Below are positions 1 through 13,787 of a stretch of 64,000 nt of DNA, piece after piece; the stretch's first letter is position 1, and the number at the start of each line of letters is the position of its first letter. Origin of the DNA: Squalus acanthias (taxonomy: Eukaryota); contig CM059433.1 of NCBI GenBank assembly GCA_030390025.1, forward strand, positions 27,592,001 through 27,656,000, read 5' to 3'. The notes beneath the pieces are model-generated. The model had not been told where the DNA came from, searched no databases, and saw nothing but the letters and a program-made list of their open reading frames with translations. The translations under genes were made by a program, and so were the position numbers.

Positions 1-186
1 AGAGGAGCGCAGATATCTCGGGGGGTTGTGGGGCTGGAGGAGATTACAGAGATAGGGAGGGGCGAGGCCATGGAGGGATTTGTAAACAAGGATGAGAATT
101 TTGAAATCGAGGCGCTGCTTAACCGGGAGCCAATGTAGGTCAGTGAGCACAGGGGTGATGGGCGAACGGGACTTGGTGCGAGTTAA
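1..186 (-). mobile_element. L2-clade LINE, ORF2 C-terminal fragment (continues off the left edge)
   Basis: Minus strand reads ITPVLTDLHWLPVKQRLDFKILILVYKSLHGLAPPYL, the typical L2 ORF2 end; similar to copies at 51.0 and 60.5 kb. Confidence 0.85.
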
Positions 187-1399
187 CTCACCTGAAAAAT
201 CCAAGCTGACAAAAAGTACCGTGAGAGGAGATGAATAGACTTATAAATGCAGTTCGGCTGCTACTGCCAAGATAAATTTGTACTTTAGCCTCCTCTCCTT
301 GGGAGGATTAGGTTTTGAAGAACTGTGTTTTTTCTTCAAATACTGATGCCCACCAGCCCTTGGAAAGGAATTAACTCCACTGCCTGTGATATTTAATCCC
401 ATAGTTTGAGCCTTTTTATACAGATTCATTGTGAAATTTTCTTTTCATGCAGAGACTCCAGGTGTTGCTCTTATTTTTTTATGTGGAAATGCATTGTGCA
501 GAATTAGTCTCAATGGTCTCAGTTTTGAAGAGAGCTTTCCACCACACTTCTGTTTCTTGTAACAACACAGCACAAAACTCTGTGACTAGTGAAGATTTGT
601 TGCAGTGCTGTAGTTTCCTGCTGTACTTTATAATGACACACTAGTTTATCACATCAATTTTGTTGGCATTACTCATAATGACTAGACGAGAAGTTCTCAC
701 TTCTGGCAAAGAAGAGTCAAGAGGCTCTCATTTTTCACATTAGTTCACTGTGATTTTATTTCTTGTTATTCATTTTAGTCTCTAATATATCTTATGGATT
801 CATTGTTTCTCACTAGCATCTCATTTATTAAACTGCAATACCGCAAGGTTTTAATTTTTGAAAGGGATTTCCTCTGTGCCGTAATTTCTCACTGAGATTT
901 TTTTCATGGTATTTCTCCTATCTGAGGATATTCAGCACTATGTTCACGATGCTTTAGCTGCTCCGAGAAATTTTCTGTGATGCTACCCGTTAGCCACAGG
1001 AATTTTCTGCAATTCTCTCAAGACTTTTAAGGGATCGGTATCACACTTTCACTTCTTACAGGGACTTTCCACAGCTTCTTCAGTTATTTCTGACACACTG
1101 CAACTGTTAGGGTTTTGTTTCTCCTTCTAAGGTACTCTTGGTTCTATTCTGCTATTCTGCAATAGCCTGGTTTATTGCACTGACTCTTGTTCATAATGTT
1201 GTAGTTGCTCTTGGAAAATTGCTACCTTATTCTGGTTTCTTGCTGGGACTGACTTCAAGACTGGTATTTACCCTGATTCATCACAATGCTATCTTTTACA
1301 CAGTGATTCACAAACTAGGCTATTGTTACTCACATGGAATTACTGCATGTTACTCTTTTATTTACATGCTCTGATTCCTTACCGAAGAAAGAAGTGAGA

Positions 1400-2200
1400 A
1401 CCCTAAAGGAGGCTGATGAGGGTGAAATGGTGGATGAACAGAGAATAGCTAAATACTCAATGATCACTTTCTTGATGTATTAACTGGAGATGGTAGTCCT
1501 ATGATCTCCACAAATGGAAGTAATCTTAATAGGCGTTGACATTAGCCAGAAGATTCAATCCAGGCTCAAGGGTCTCAAAACTAACAAATTCCCACAAATA
1601 GATGGTATTTATCTCAGGTGACATATCTAATCTAGGAACTCCAGACCCATAAGTTTTACATTAACAACAGGGGGGGAAATGGAATCAATCATCAGGAGCA
1701 AACTTGAGGATTATCCTTACAGTAAAACCCTAGTAAATAGCAGACAACATGGGTTCAAAAGGGGAAGATGCTGCTTAACCAATCTCATTGACGTTGTTTA
1801 AGAAGGTGGCATCCCAGGTGGACTGTGGACATGGTGTATCCAGATTTTCACAAAACCTTTGATAACATTCCCCAAGACAAGCTGCTGCATAAGATTAAGG
1901 CAGTGGGATTTCGAGGTAAAACCTGGAAGTGAATATGAAACTGGCTGAAGGGTAGGAGGCAGACAGCAATTATTAGGTGACTGATGCCAAAGAGTGGGGG
2001 GCGGGGGTGGGGGATGAACTGAAGTGAGTGTCATAGTGATTGATGCTGGGATCCGTAGTGTTTCTTATTAACGTTAATTACTTAGATACAAAAACTCAAT
2101 GAAAATTGGTCAAGTTCATAAATGATATCGACCTAATGGGGGGCAAGTGAGTTCAGTCCGAGGATGTAGCCAAAGGCTGTATCTTCTAAAGGTAATTGTG
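1400..2200 (+). mobile_element. Old, degenerate CR1 LINE RT fragment
   Basis: Broken motifs QHGF..G..CLTNL (about 1745-1790) and VDMVY.DF.K.FD (about 1825-1865); many indels; boundaries approximate. Confidence 0.75.
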
Positions 2201-2212
2201 AAACAAGTTAAT

Positions 2213-3420
2213 TGGGGTGATTTTAAACCCACCCCCCTGCCCATACCATTCCCACTGGTTATGATGGTAGGAAGGGGCTTGCACCCCATTCCCAACGTGT
2301 TCTTGCTCCCCCCATCTGAATTCTGGCACAGGAAGGTCACCCACCCTGGAATAGCGGTGACCTAATTTAAATGACAAGGTCAGATCCTGGCGACATCATT
2401 AGAATGTGCACGACATTTTAACTGTGGGCCAAACTGAGGCCTGGACAGCCTCAAACCCGCCAGCAAAAGCTAGCAGCAGGCAGCATCCTGGTCGCAGGAA
2501 ACCATGGTAAGTTCATTTCTTTCATTGTTATAGGTTCCTTGTGGGCCAGGAGGAGCAGGAGTTCTCCTCATAGCCCAACAGGGATACCTTGTGCTTCGCC
2601 TGCCTTGGCCTTCCCTGCCCCCCCCACCCCACCAACCCTCCCTCCCCCACCCCACCAACCCTGCCACCCCCACCCCACCAACCCTCCCTCCCCCACCCCA
2701 CCAACCCTGCCACCCCCACCCCACCAACCCTCCCTCCCCCACCCCACCAACCCTCCCACCCCCACCCCACCAACCCTCCCACCCCCACCCCACCAACCCT
2801 GCCACCCCCACCCCACCAACCCTCCCTCCCCCACCCCACCAACCCTGCCACCCCCACCCCACCAACCCTCCCTCCCCCACCCCACCAACCCTCCCTCCCC
2901 CACCCCACCAACCCTGCCACCCCCACCCCACCAACCCTGCCACCCCCACCCCACCAACCCTGCCACCCCCACCCCACCAACCCTGCCACCCCCACCCCAC
3001 CAACCCTCCCTCCCCCACCCCACCAACCCTCCCACCCCCCCCCCCACCCCACCAACCCTGCCCCCCCCACCCCACCAACCCTGCCACCCCCACCCCACCA
3101 ACCCTGCCACCCCCCACCCCACCAACCCTCCCTCCCCCACCCCATCGCAAATCTTACCAATCCTCCTCTCCTCACTTACCTTGCAGGGGACCATTTCCTT
3201 GGGTCCTCAATGGTGGCCTCACCCACCACCCCCGCCGCCCCACCCTGCGAATTTTGACTCCGGCCAGCCAGGGTGACATCAACTCGCCGGCTTTGGGCGG
3301 GAGTCACTGTCGGGGCAGGAAGTTCAAATCTCCCAGGCCTCACGCTCCAAGGGGTCCAGACGGATCATCACCCACTTCAGCCCCCAATTTCCTCCCCTCC
3401 CCCACCCGAGTTAAAATCAG
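2213..3420. mobile_element. Non-autonomous Harbinger-like MITE carrying a minisatellite
   Basis: Starts ggggtgattttaa and ends ttaaaatcagg (imperfect TIR); internal motif caggaggagcagga shared with MITEs at 49.3 and 61.3 kb. Confidence 0.55.
2617..3143. repeat. C-rich 23-bp minisatellite, about 22 copies
   Basis: Units (ccct|gcca|ccca)cccccaccccaccaaccct; produces spurious open frames in all six frames. Confidence 0.95.
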
Positions 3421-3434
3421 GTTAAATAATCTAG

Positions 3435-4060
3435 TTAAATAGAGTATTACAGCACATAAACAGTCCATTCGGTCCAACTGGTCTATGCCACCGTTTATGT
3501 TCCACACGAGCCTTTAAATTTGGTACATTACAAGTTATAGGAATTACATATAATTTACTACACAGAAACAGACCATTCAGCCCAACCAGTCCATGCCAGT
3601 GTTTATGCTCCACTTGAGCCTCCTCCCATCCTTGCTCATCTAACACTATCAGCATAACTCTCCATTCCCTTCTCCCTCGTATGCTTATCTAGCCTCCCCT
3701 TAAATCCATCTATACTATTCGCTTCAACCACTCCCTGTGGTAGCGAGTTCCACATTCTCACCACTCTCTGGGTAAAGACGTTCCATCTGAATTCCGGATT
3801 GGATTTCTTGGTGACTATCTTATATTGATGGCCTCTAGTTATGCTCTTCCCCACAAGTGGAAACATTCTCTCTCTGTCTACTCTATCAAAACCTTTCATA
3901 ATTTTAAAGACCTCTATTAGGTCACCCCTCAGCCTTCTCTTTTCAAAAGAAAAGAGACCCAGCCTGTTCATCCTTTCCTGATAGGTATAACCTCACATTT
4001 CTAGTATCATCCTTGTAAATCTTTTTTGCACCCTCACCAGTGTCTCTATATCCTTTTTAT
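3435..4060 (-). mobile_element. CR1 LINE 3' end, plus a second short 3'-tail piece
   Basis: ORF 3636-3971 RLGLFSFEKRRLRGDLIEVFKIMKG...FTQRVVRMWNSLP; tail motifs at about 3450-3510 and 3560-3620. Confidence 0.9.
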
Positions 4061-5820
4061 AATTCCAGGGAATAAATGCCACTGATATTCTGATAGCAAA
4101 GCATAGGATAAAACGTCACTCTGATCTTGTCAAAAATATGCAGTCTCTATTTCCATCAATGTGCTTTACTAAGACCTTGAAAAATGTAATGGAACAAAAC
4201 AGCTCTTTTACCTGGTTTCCCTCTGAGCTAGTTGTTTAGGATTTGTATCTCTTAAGCTGGTGTTATTTTATTTTGTCAATATTTGTATTTTAAATATGGT
4301 TGTTATATAAAACTCAGTAATTAAAGAGCCAAATTAGCATATTCTGGTTATATTTTCAAAGCATTATGGACAGAGATGAGTAAACCAACATTGGTTTCAA
4401 TTTTGGAACAAAATTGATCCTATAAAACTTAAAATCCGGTTCAACTCTTGGCATTGCTCAACTAGAATGAAGCTCAGAGATTTCTTTAAGCGATGAGTTT
4501 GTATTTCTGCTTTAATTTTTTTTGATCTCATAAGACTGACCTCGTGGGTTGGACTCAGCTCAGCAGCCTGCTCACCACAATTATGGGCTGAATATTGCGA
4601 AAACTTCCAAAATTTTAGTCATGCATGACTACACAGACAAGTTGTTGAATACTGGATAGATTAAAATACATGGATGTTGCACTTTTCCCATGCACATGCA
4701 ACACATTGGCACTAGATTTGTCTTCCTACAGTCACAGTAACTCAGAGATAAGAGTACACACGAGTGATTTTATGCCAAATGTCACACAGTACATGAATGC
4801 ATTAGCTGATGGCAAGGCAATGAACTGCAAGCATAGAGGCTCTTTCAGAAGGTAGTTAACAAATATTTGCTACTTTTAAACATCCCTGCCAAAACGCAAA
4901 TTCAAATTTTACGTTGTAAGATTTTTCTTGTTCAGCATTTTAACTTTTTTTTAAAACCTGCTGTCATAGTACAGTAAAATTTCACACTTCAAAATTCTCA
5001 TCTCTTAGACACATTCCACATGCAGAAGACATTTTCCTGTCACTATTGTATACTTTTGCAGCTTTTAAATTTGTACTGAGAGAAATATCCCCAAAATATA
5101 AAATATTATTTTGCTTTTAAAATTCTATTTGATGTCTTAAAACTGTGTTCTGTTTAACTTACCACCCCTCAAAAAAGCTAGTATGAAATAGGCTAATGCA
5201 ATCCATATTAGCAATGGATCTCATTATTAGGATCGCATAAATTAAATGGCACCTCTAATACTACCATCTACCCTTCTGTAATACCTTCATACATTGAAAC
5301 ACGATATAATGCATACTTCTTTCACAAAGACCATCTCTTCACCCCACTTGCCCTGTTTGATTTGCTAAGTCTATAAAATGAGTTAAGTTCTGCCATTATA
5401 TTAAAGCTTATACAGTATCTAAGAATTCTAATACAATGGAGATTTATCTATGTAAATTGTGCATATTTCCCTTAGACAGATTACAAGTAATTAGACTGAA
5501 ATACATACAATAATGATTGTATTCCATCTCTATTATACTTTAAGATTTACATAACTTATCGTCAAATAATTTATGTTTATGATGCATTATTTTGTACAAA
5601 TCAGACTAATTTTTTATAAAGGACAGAAAATAACCAAGCAAATTTTAGAAGAAAGTATTATTGTGGGACCAACACTTTCAATAAAGGAGACGTATTCATG
5701 GACGCTTCAAAGTATTGACTTTAACAGTATATTTTATGGATGCAAAATTGTTCTGCTCATACATATAATACCATCAAAAGTATCTGTTGCGTAATAGCCA
5801 AAATGAGAAAAAAAACTTAC

Positions 5821-5864
5821 ATATTCTTTGACTCCACTATGCTTTTCTGAACAAAACGGGAATC
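5821..5864 (-). other. Candidate 44-nt internal exon of an unidentified host transcript
   Basis: Minus strand ttttcccattgcttcgacAG|GATTCC...GAATAT|GTAAGT; two frames open (DSRFVQKSIVESKN, FPFCSEKHSGVKEY); non-repeat context. Confidence 0.35.
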
Positions 5865-6349
5865 CTGTCGAAGCAATGGGAAAATGTATTTAGTAAAACA
5901 TACTACAGGGGCCTGAGTGGAAAGTCCAACTATGGCTATAAAGACTTTTACTCCCAAGCTATGCACTGCCCCTACTTGGTGTTCTCAAAGTACTTAAGCA
6001 AATTGTATGCTCCTGTTTCAATGATTGACATGGACCTTTCCAGCCAGTCAGTGATGCCATTTATGGTTTGTGCTAAGGACAAGAAAAGACTTGTAAAATT
6101 CAGTACATATTCATAAGTTAGGGGTACACCTCACCATCACCTTTTTAAAATTTAAATGTAGGTCTTCATTTCAGGTTTTTCACAGAACCGCATAAGTAAA
6201 GAAATGTTTTACTGCATATTTTTAGCAGGAAGGAATGTTTCTTTACGTTTCTGCCAATGCAGCCTACAGCTGCTGGGCCATTTACATGCCATTGACATAT
6301 AAGCTACTGTACATTCACCAGGAATAAACAACCATCAAAAAAAATTAAA

Positions 6350-6510
6350 CCAATCGCTGACCTTTTTTGCTGTTTGTAGGATCTTCTTGTGTGTAACACG
6401 ACTGCCATTATTGCCTACATAACAGAAACACTGGTAATTCATTGTATTTGAAACACTTTGGGATGCTTCTGAAAAATGGGGTGAGCTGCTATATAAATGC
6501 AAGTCTTTAA
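6350..6510 (+). mobile_element. Degenerate Deu-type SINE 3' fragment
   Basis: Ends gctatataaatgcaagtcttt like the SINE at 11.7 kb. Confidence 0.65.
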
Positions 6511-9319
6511 AGTATGTATTTCACCATAGCAATTAGGACAACTTACAATATTATCAGGCATATTTGGTGGTGTTAGGTAACCAAATTACAAAACAATTCT
6601 GCACTTTACCTCCCAGTTTTCTTCCCTCTTCAAAGCACTGTTGTATAAACATTGCCAACCACTCCAGTACCTCACTTAAATGCTCAATTCTTCCCAGCCC
6701 AGATAACAAGTGCCTGCATACTATTTGACCATGGGAGTATTAGACCCAAGTACAATCCTGTCTTTACCCAGTGTTTACAGAAACGCATGTTCAAACAGAG
6801 ATCTCTGTTGGGGTTGGAGGTCTGGTCAATTTTTCCTCTCTCAAACCCACTCTAACCACCCAATCTTCCTGAATCAGTTAACCCAGCACAACGAATTGAA
6901 CCTGGAAATACAAGGTTTAGTACCAAACCACCCACACTGTACTGTTTATACTCACATAGAAGACGGCTACCCCAAATTTGACCCCATACACCTGAAGAAA
7001 AATCTATGACCCTTGTAATAAGATGAGGGTCAACATTACAATACCTTCTACCAACCTTCATGTTGGCTGATGTCCACAAATACATTCTGTCTGTGTTCTT
7101 TCTCATTTCAACCATTTCTGTGAGCTGTCGTTCCACTCCTCTTGCACTGTGATATTTAAATGGCGGACCTTCCTCCCAGCCTCAGTCCTGCTACCCACAG
7201 CTGATTTTAAATCTCTTCCTGTATTGATCAGCTGGGCTTTCTCTGATTTTAAATCGGCAGTAGGAGTCTGGATTGAAGTGGGGTGGGGGTGGGTGGTGGG
7301 TCAGGAGGGAAGGTTAGTGCGGTGGAACAGCACAGCAACAGCTAAACGGAAACCACTGCTATGTTGCTGCTGCTGCTGGATCCACCATTTTGGTGAAATT
7401 GATCCAGTGGGGGAGAAACCAGCCAGAAAGGGAGAATAAAGCCTGTGTATAGGACAACCCCTCTAGTTTGAGCTGCAATATTGCCCAACTTTCTAGTCTT
7501 GTGTGCAAGTATATCCCCACTGAGCCACTGGAATTGCTAGCTAATTAACAGTATTAAAACAAGAATGAAAAATGTGCACAATAAACAGCAGTTCCATCTG
7601 CATCTGAAAAGAGAAAAGATGGGTTAAAATGTCAGGTGGCCCAGTGACAGAAGCTGAGCTCCATCATGCTTTAAACAGCAACATTTCTGTATCTTTTTAT
7701 AGGACCACAGCCAGGCAAAATATGGATTTAGCTATATTCTTAAAAGCTGTGCTCCTTTGTCTTTTGCGGGGGAAAAGGACAATGCAAAATATATCTACAC
7801 TTCTATGAGAACTATCTGCTTTTGTTGTAAGGTTGTTCCACGTATTCACAAATTAATTGCTTCATAAGTTCCCTCATGTTTTAGAAATATTAATGCATGC
7901 AAACTTTCAGACTTATATTGGGCACTCAAGGATTGTTGCTCAGAATAAATGTTGTGCATGTACATTCCCAGTGTGTTTTACACCCATCCTCCCCCGTGAA
8001 CCATAGATTACAAAGGCGGGTCTCTTCTGACCTATTCAGATATGCATACCAAGGTCTGAATACGTGTTCTTCGGATGCAAGATGCAGTCACATCTGCCTC
8101 TCTTTCCTCCACAGATATATAGGACTACCACAGGAATGCTCAAAGGAATTTCCATACCCAGGAATGTGTTTGCCGCAAATAAAATAGCAGCTGTCAGCAA
8201 GATTTTGTGTGGAAAGAATTTGGGAAAATCAATCTTGCAATGTTAAAAAAAAGTGCCAAATACCATCAGGATGTAATGCAACCAGGAGAATGCAGGTAGA
8301 GATCCAAAAGACAAAAAAAGCCAAACCTTTAGTCACAATAGGAAACAGTTAAGCACACCATTAAGAAGCAACATCCCAAAGGCCAAAGCAGCAAATCCCA
8401 ACAGAGTCTGCTTTATATAGGTGAACAACACCAATGGAGTGACTAGGTTGGAAAAACACGTGACATCAATGTGGGACCAATTTACACGTGATTGCCTGAA
8501 ATTAGGAGCAGTAATGAAGCTCCAGCATACTTGTTGCAAGGCCTCCAAAAACTGTGAAAAATCTTTGGTCACTGAATTCAATGAAGCACAAAATGACCTG
8601 CTCAGCACTCTTGGTGGAATAGTGCACCATTGCTGAATTTGGGCTGAAGAGACCAGAAGAAACCTCCCCCCCCCCATTGGATACAATATTTTGACTATAT
8701 TAATTGAGTTATTTCTCACATGATTATTGAAAAAACAGTGCATTTGGAAATTGGCCTGTTTTGGCATTTAAAAATCTGTACCTTGGTTCTGGTCTATGGA
8801 TTAGTAGCATAAGATCATACACCACACTCTTGAGCCAAGCAAACATTTTTCTTAAAGACTGAACAAAACAACGGTATGGCTGCTGGAAGTTACAACTTAT
8901 TATTATACCATTTGCAAACCTAGCTATCATGACATAGAACTCCCGCAGTAATTATATTTGTGCGATTATCATCATACACCATATTGGAGATGCTTAGGCT
9001 GTCCATTTGACTGAAAACCTGTTTGGGCTGTTGAAGACCCAGGCTCTCCACATTGTTTTCACGTTGTTTATGTCTTCCAAATATGTTGAGTAATCTCCGC
9101 TGTTATCCAAAAGTCATTTCCCATGCAGAAGAACTCTTCCATCTTCTTTGTGGCAGCCTTATTGCTTGGAGCTGAGAACACGTAACACATATTCTCTATC
9201 CAGGAGAATAATCCTTCCCCCTACCTCTATGGTCTCCTCCAGCCCCATGTCCCTGCATATATCCTGCGTTCCTCTGACACCGGCATACTTCTCACAATCG
9301 ACATTCCTTCAGACACCAA

Positions 9320-10174
9320 GGGGGAAAAATTCGGTTGCTTTGCGCCTAAGAGGGCGATAATGGGTCGCAAAGCAACTAGCACCAGGGCGCGGTGATGTTT
9401 GTGCCACTCACGAAATTGACCAGACATTTTATGGCAGCACTAAACACTACTGCCATGATCTCCTGCGTCCGCAGATCGTGATGTCAGTCAAGCGTGCAAC
9501 ACCCCGGTAGCGCCCCAGACCGGATATTGAGTGGCATCCCCTGCCTTACTGCCTGCCACTAGCAATGACAGGTTGAGGGGAGCGTTTTGCAGTCAGGAAG
9601 GGACTTGGGGAGCGCTATTTAAAGGCGACCGCTTCCTGCCTTTTTTGTCGGCGACATTTTTGCACCACGCATTCTGAGAGCGAGGGAGAGATTCTGGAGA
9701 GATTCAACGCTGTGTGAAGGAGTTTTGGGTACTGAGCAGCACTTTGCAGGTTCATTTTGATTTGACCTTCCTTGCATCGATTTAGAAGAGACTTCGGGGG
9801 CTGCACTCTGAGCTCTTTCCCTGGGCCTCTTCATTGTTCTTTCCAGCAGATTTGATGTACAGGTCTCTCCAGGCCGAGATTCAAGGCTGCAATGAGCAGG
9901 GTGTGGCTGGAGAGCAAGATCGACCCTCCCCTTTAAGAACTGGCTGGCGCAAGTGTGTCCGTGTTCCATTGCTGACTGACATCACATGAGCTTCGCCAGC
10001 GCTCTGAGGTAGCGCCTCGCTCCTCGGCGTTAGCGCCTTAAGAGAGGTGTGTAGCGCCTGATTTAGCGCTCCAATCACCTCCAGGGGTGATAGAAGCCAA
10101 GTTTGCAGTTTGCTAATCTTTGCGCCCGGCCGATAATTGCGCCCCAAATGGGGCGATACTGAATTTCTTCCCCC
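9320..10174. mobile_element. Harbinger-like MITE, about 855 bp
   Basis: Left end gggggaaaaattcggt versus reverse complement of right end gggggaagaaattcagt; CpG-rich subterminal inverted motifs; no credible ORF; no exact TSD seen. Confidence 0.7.
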
Positions 10175-10524
10175 TTTACTCTTACACTCCAATCATTTTT
10201 ATTTCAGATTTACCTTTTCCCCGTGCAAGAGCACCAATCTTTGTTTTGCTCTCTATAACATTATTAAAAATTCAGAATAAAAGGAGCTTCTTCACTTCCT
10301 GGTTCCCTGTCTGTGAGAATTCTGTATTGTGATTGGCTGCTTAGACAGCTCATTGCCATCACAGCAGCTCGCGCTATGGAATTCCCACTACACTGCACTA
10401 ATCTCAACTGCACGTCGAAAAAGCCAAAATTCTCACCACAGAGATTGCAAGATCTTCGTGGGCAGTTTTCTTCGGGGCCAGTGGCGAACACCTTTGCTTT
10501 GCCGCTGACCGCAAATTACAGCCC

Positions 10525-13500
10525 ATTCTGCTTTTCTGTTTTTTCTACCAAAGTGGATAAATTCACATTTCTCCACAGTATATTCCATCTGCCTTGTTAT
10601 TGCCCACTCACTTCTCCTGTCTATATCTATTCGCAGCCTCTTTGCATCCTCCTCACAGCTTACTTTCCCACCAACTTTGTATCATCAGCAAACTTGGATA
10701 CATTACACATGGTCCCCTCATCTAAGTCATTGATATAGATTGTAAATAGCTGAGGCCCAAGCACTGATCTTTGCGGTACCCCTCTAATTACAACCTGCCA
10801 ACCCGAAAAAGACCTGTTTATTCCTACTCTCTGTTTTCTGTCCGTTAACCAATCCTCAATCCATGCTAACATATTAGCCCTAATCCCATGAGCTCTAATT
10901 TTCTGTAATAATCTCTTGTGTGGCACCTTATTGAATGCTTTCTGAAAATCCAAATACACTACATCAACTGGTTCCCCCTTATCTACCCTGCTAGTTACAA
11001 CCTCAAAAAACTCTAACAGATTTGTCACACACGATTTCCCTTTCACAAATCTGTGTTGACTCTGCCAATCATATTATGATTTTCTAAGTGTCCTGTTTCC
11101 ACGTCCCTAATAAAAAGATTTTAGCATTTTCCCCACTACTGATGTCAGGCTAACTGATCTATAGTTCCCTGTTTTCTCTCTCCCTCCATTGTTGAATATC
11201 GGGGTTACATTTGCTACCTTTCAAACTGCGGGGACGATTTTAGAATCTAGGGAATTCTCGAAGATCAAAACCAATGCACCCACTATTTCTATAGCCACCT
11301 CTTTTAAAGCCCTAGGATGTAGGCCATCAGGTCCAGGGGATTTGGCGGCTTATAGTCCCATTAATTTCTCCAGTACTACTTCTTTACTAATACTAATTTC
11401 TTTAAGTTCCTCATTCTCGCTTGACCCTTGGTTACCCACTATTTCTGAAATGTTATTTGTGTCTTCTGCTGTGAACACATATTTGTTTAATGTCTCTGCC
11501 ATTTCCTTATTCCCCATTATAATTTCTCCTGTCTCTGCCTGTAAGGGACCCACATTTGCTTGCACTAATCTTTTCCTTTTTACATATCTATAGAAGCTTT
11601 TACAATTTGTTTCTAGGTCTCTTGCTAGTTTACTCTCATATTCTATTTTCTCTCTTTATCAATTTATCAAAAAGTGTCAGCCATGGCTCAGTTGGTAGCA
11701 ATCTCACCTCTGAGTCAGAAGGTTGTGGGTTCAAGTCCCACTCCAGAGACTTGGGCACAAAAATCTAGGCTAACACTCCAGTGCAGTGCTGAGGGAGTGC
11801 TGCACTGTCAAAGGTGCCGTCTTTTGGATGAGATGTTAAACCGAGGCCTCATCTGCTCTCTCAGGTGAACATAAAAGATCCATGGCACTATTTCGAAGAA
11901 GAGCAGGGGAGTTATCCCCGGTGTCCTGGCCAATATTATTCCCTCAATCAACATAACAAAAACAGATTATCTGATCATTATCACATTGCTGTTTGTGGGA
12001 GCTTGCTATGTGCAAATTGGCTGCCGCGTTTCCCACATTACAACAGTGACTGCACTCTAAAAGTACTTCATTGGCTGTAAAGTGCTTTGAGACGTCCAGT
12101 GGTCATGAAAGGCGCTATATAAATGCAAGTCTTTCTTTCTTTCAACTTCTTGGTCCTCCTTTGCTGAATTCTAAAATCCTCCTGATCCTCAGGCTTACTA
12201 CACTTTTTGACAACATTATAAGCCTCTTCCTTTAATCTAATACAATCTTTAACTTCTCATTAGCCACGGTTGGACCATTTTTCCCGTGAGGCTTTTATTT
12301 CTTAAGGGAATGTATATTTGTTGTGAAAAATGCATTATTTCTTTAAATGTTTGCCATTGCTTATCTACCATCATATCTTTTAATCTAGTTTCCCAACCTA
12401 CCTTACCCAACTTACCTTTCATTCCTACATAATTTGCTTTGTTCAGATTTAAGACCCTACTTCAGAGTTAACTAAATCACTCTCAAACTCAACATAAAAT
12501 TCTATCATATTATGATCACTGCTCCCCAGAGGCTCCTTTACTACAAGGTTATTAATTAACCCTGTCTCATTGCACAGTACTAGGTCTAAAATAATCTGTT
12601 CCCTAGTTGTTTCCTCAACATACTAATCTAGAAAACTATCTTGAATGCAATCCATGAACTCATTCTCTGCACTATTACTGCAAATTTGGTTTGCACAGTC
12701 TGCATGAAAATTAAAGTCCCCCATGATTACTTGTTACATGCACTTCTAATTTCTTGTTTTATACTGTGCCCAACACTACAACTACTGTTAGGGGGCATAT
12801 AAACTACTCCCATCAGTGTTTTCTGCCCCTTGTTTTTTCTTGTTTTTCCAAGCTAAGATCCTTTCTCACTACTGTCTTTGTCCCATCCTTTATTATCAGG
12901 GCTACCCACCCCCCCCCCCCCCCCCAACCTTCTCCATTCTCCCTATATCTTCTAAAAGTCAAGTATCCTGGAATATTTCATTCCAAACCTTGGTCACTCT
13001 GCAACCACAACTCCGTAATGGCTATTAGATCAAACCTATTTATTTCTATCTATGCTATTAATTCATTTTTTTTTGCAAATGCTTTGCGTATTCAGATATA
13101 GTGCCCTTAGCTTTAACCTTGCTCTATTTTCCCTGATGTCACCATAGTCACTGATGCCCTATTACCTTTATTAAGGTCTCTGTTCCTTCCTGCCACACTC
13201 TGCTTAGTTTTACCCAAATCACTATTCTGCTCTACAGCCTTGACATCTCTCTTACTGCTTTTTAATTTACCCTTTCCTGAATCCTCCCACCACCCTCTTC
13301 AATAGTTTAAAGCCCTATCTGCCACCTTAGTTATTCGATTCGCCAGGACAATGATCCCAGCCCGGTTTAAGTGGAGCCCGTCCCAATGGAGCAGCTCCCT
13401 CTTTCCCCAGTACTGGTGCTGGTACCCCATGAATTGAAACCCCTGCCTCACACACCACTCTTTCAGCCACGCATTTAACCTTCTAATCTGCTTGTCCCTA

Positions 13501-13780
13501 TGCCAATTTGCGCGCGGCTCAGGTAACAATCCAGAGATTATTACCTATGAGGTTCTGCCTTTTAATTTCGACCCTAGCTCTTCAAACTCTCTCAGCAGAA
13601 CCTCATTCCTAGTTCTACCTATGTCACTTGGTTCCTACGTAGACCATGACAACTGGAACCTTCCCCTCTCATTCCAAGTTCTTCCCCAGCTGCAAGGAGA
13701 TATCCTTAACCCTGGCACCGGGCAAGCAACACAGTCTTCAGAACTCCCACTCGCAGCTGCAGAGAACAATATCTATCTGT
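10525..13780 (-). mobile_element. CR1 LINE lacking its 3' end: ORF1 esterase remnant, APE endonuclease and RT, disrupted
   Basis: ORF1 SGNH-like LPEPRANWHRDKQIRRLNAWLKEWC...DGLHLN (13299-13529); [15 protein letters not shown]...FADDTKL (10660-11046); split by a SINE. Confidence 0.92.
11674..12142 (+). mobile_element. Full-length tRNA-derived Deu-domain SINE (SacSINE1-like) with L2-type tail
   Basis: A box tggctcagttggt, B box ggttcaagtcc, core ggatgagatgttaaaccgagg, tail aaggcgctatataaatgcaagt(cttt)n; interrupts the CR1. Confidence 0.88.
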
Positions 13781-13787
13781 CAGCAGT

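Noticed and set aside
2470..3442. Six overlapping 200-280 aa Pro- or Gly/Trp-rich ORFs
   Set aside because: Artefact of a stop-free 23-bp minisatellite.
7975..8030. VHGGGWV as an AADAC or hormone-sensitive lipase family motif
   Set aside because: Needs a frameshift, is followed by a stop, and no GDSAGG motif follows.
11674..11750. tRNA gene
   Set aside because: The A and B boxes belong to a SINE head that runs into SINE core and tail.
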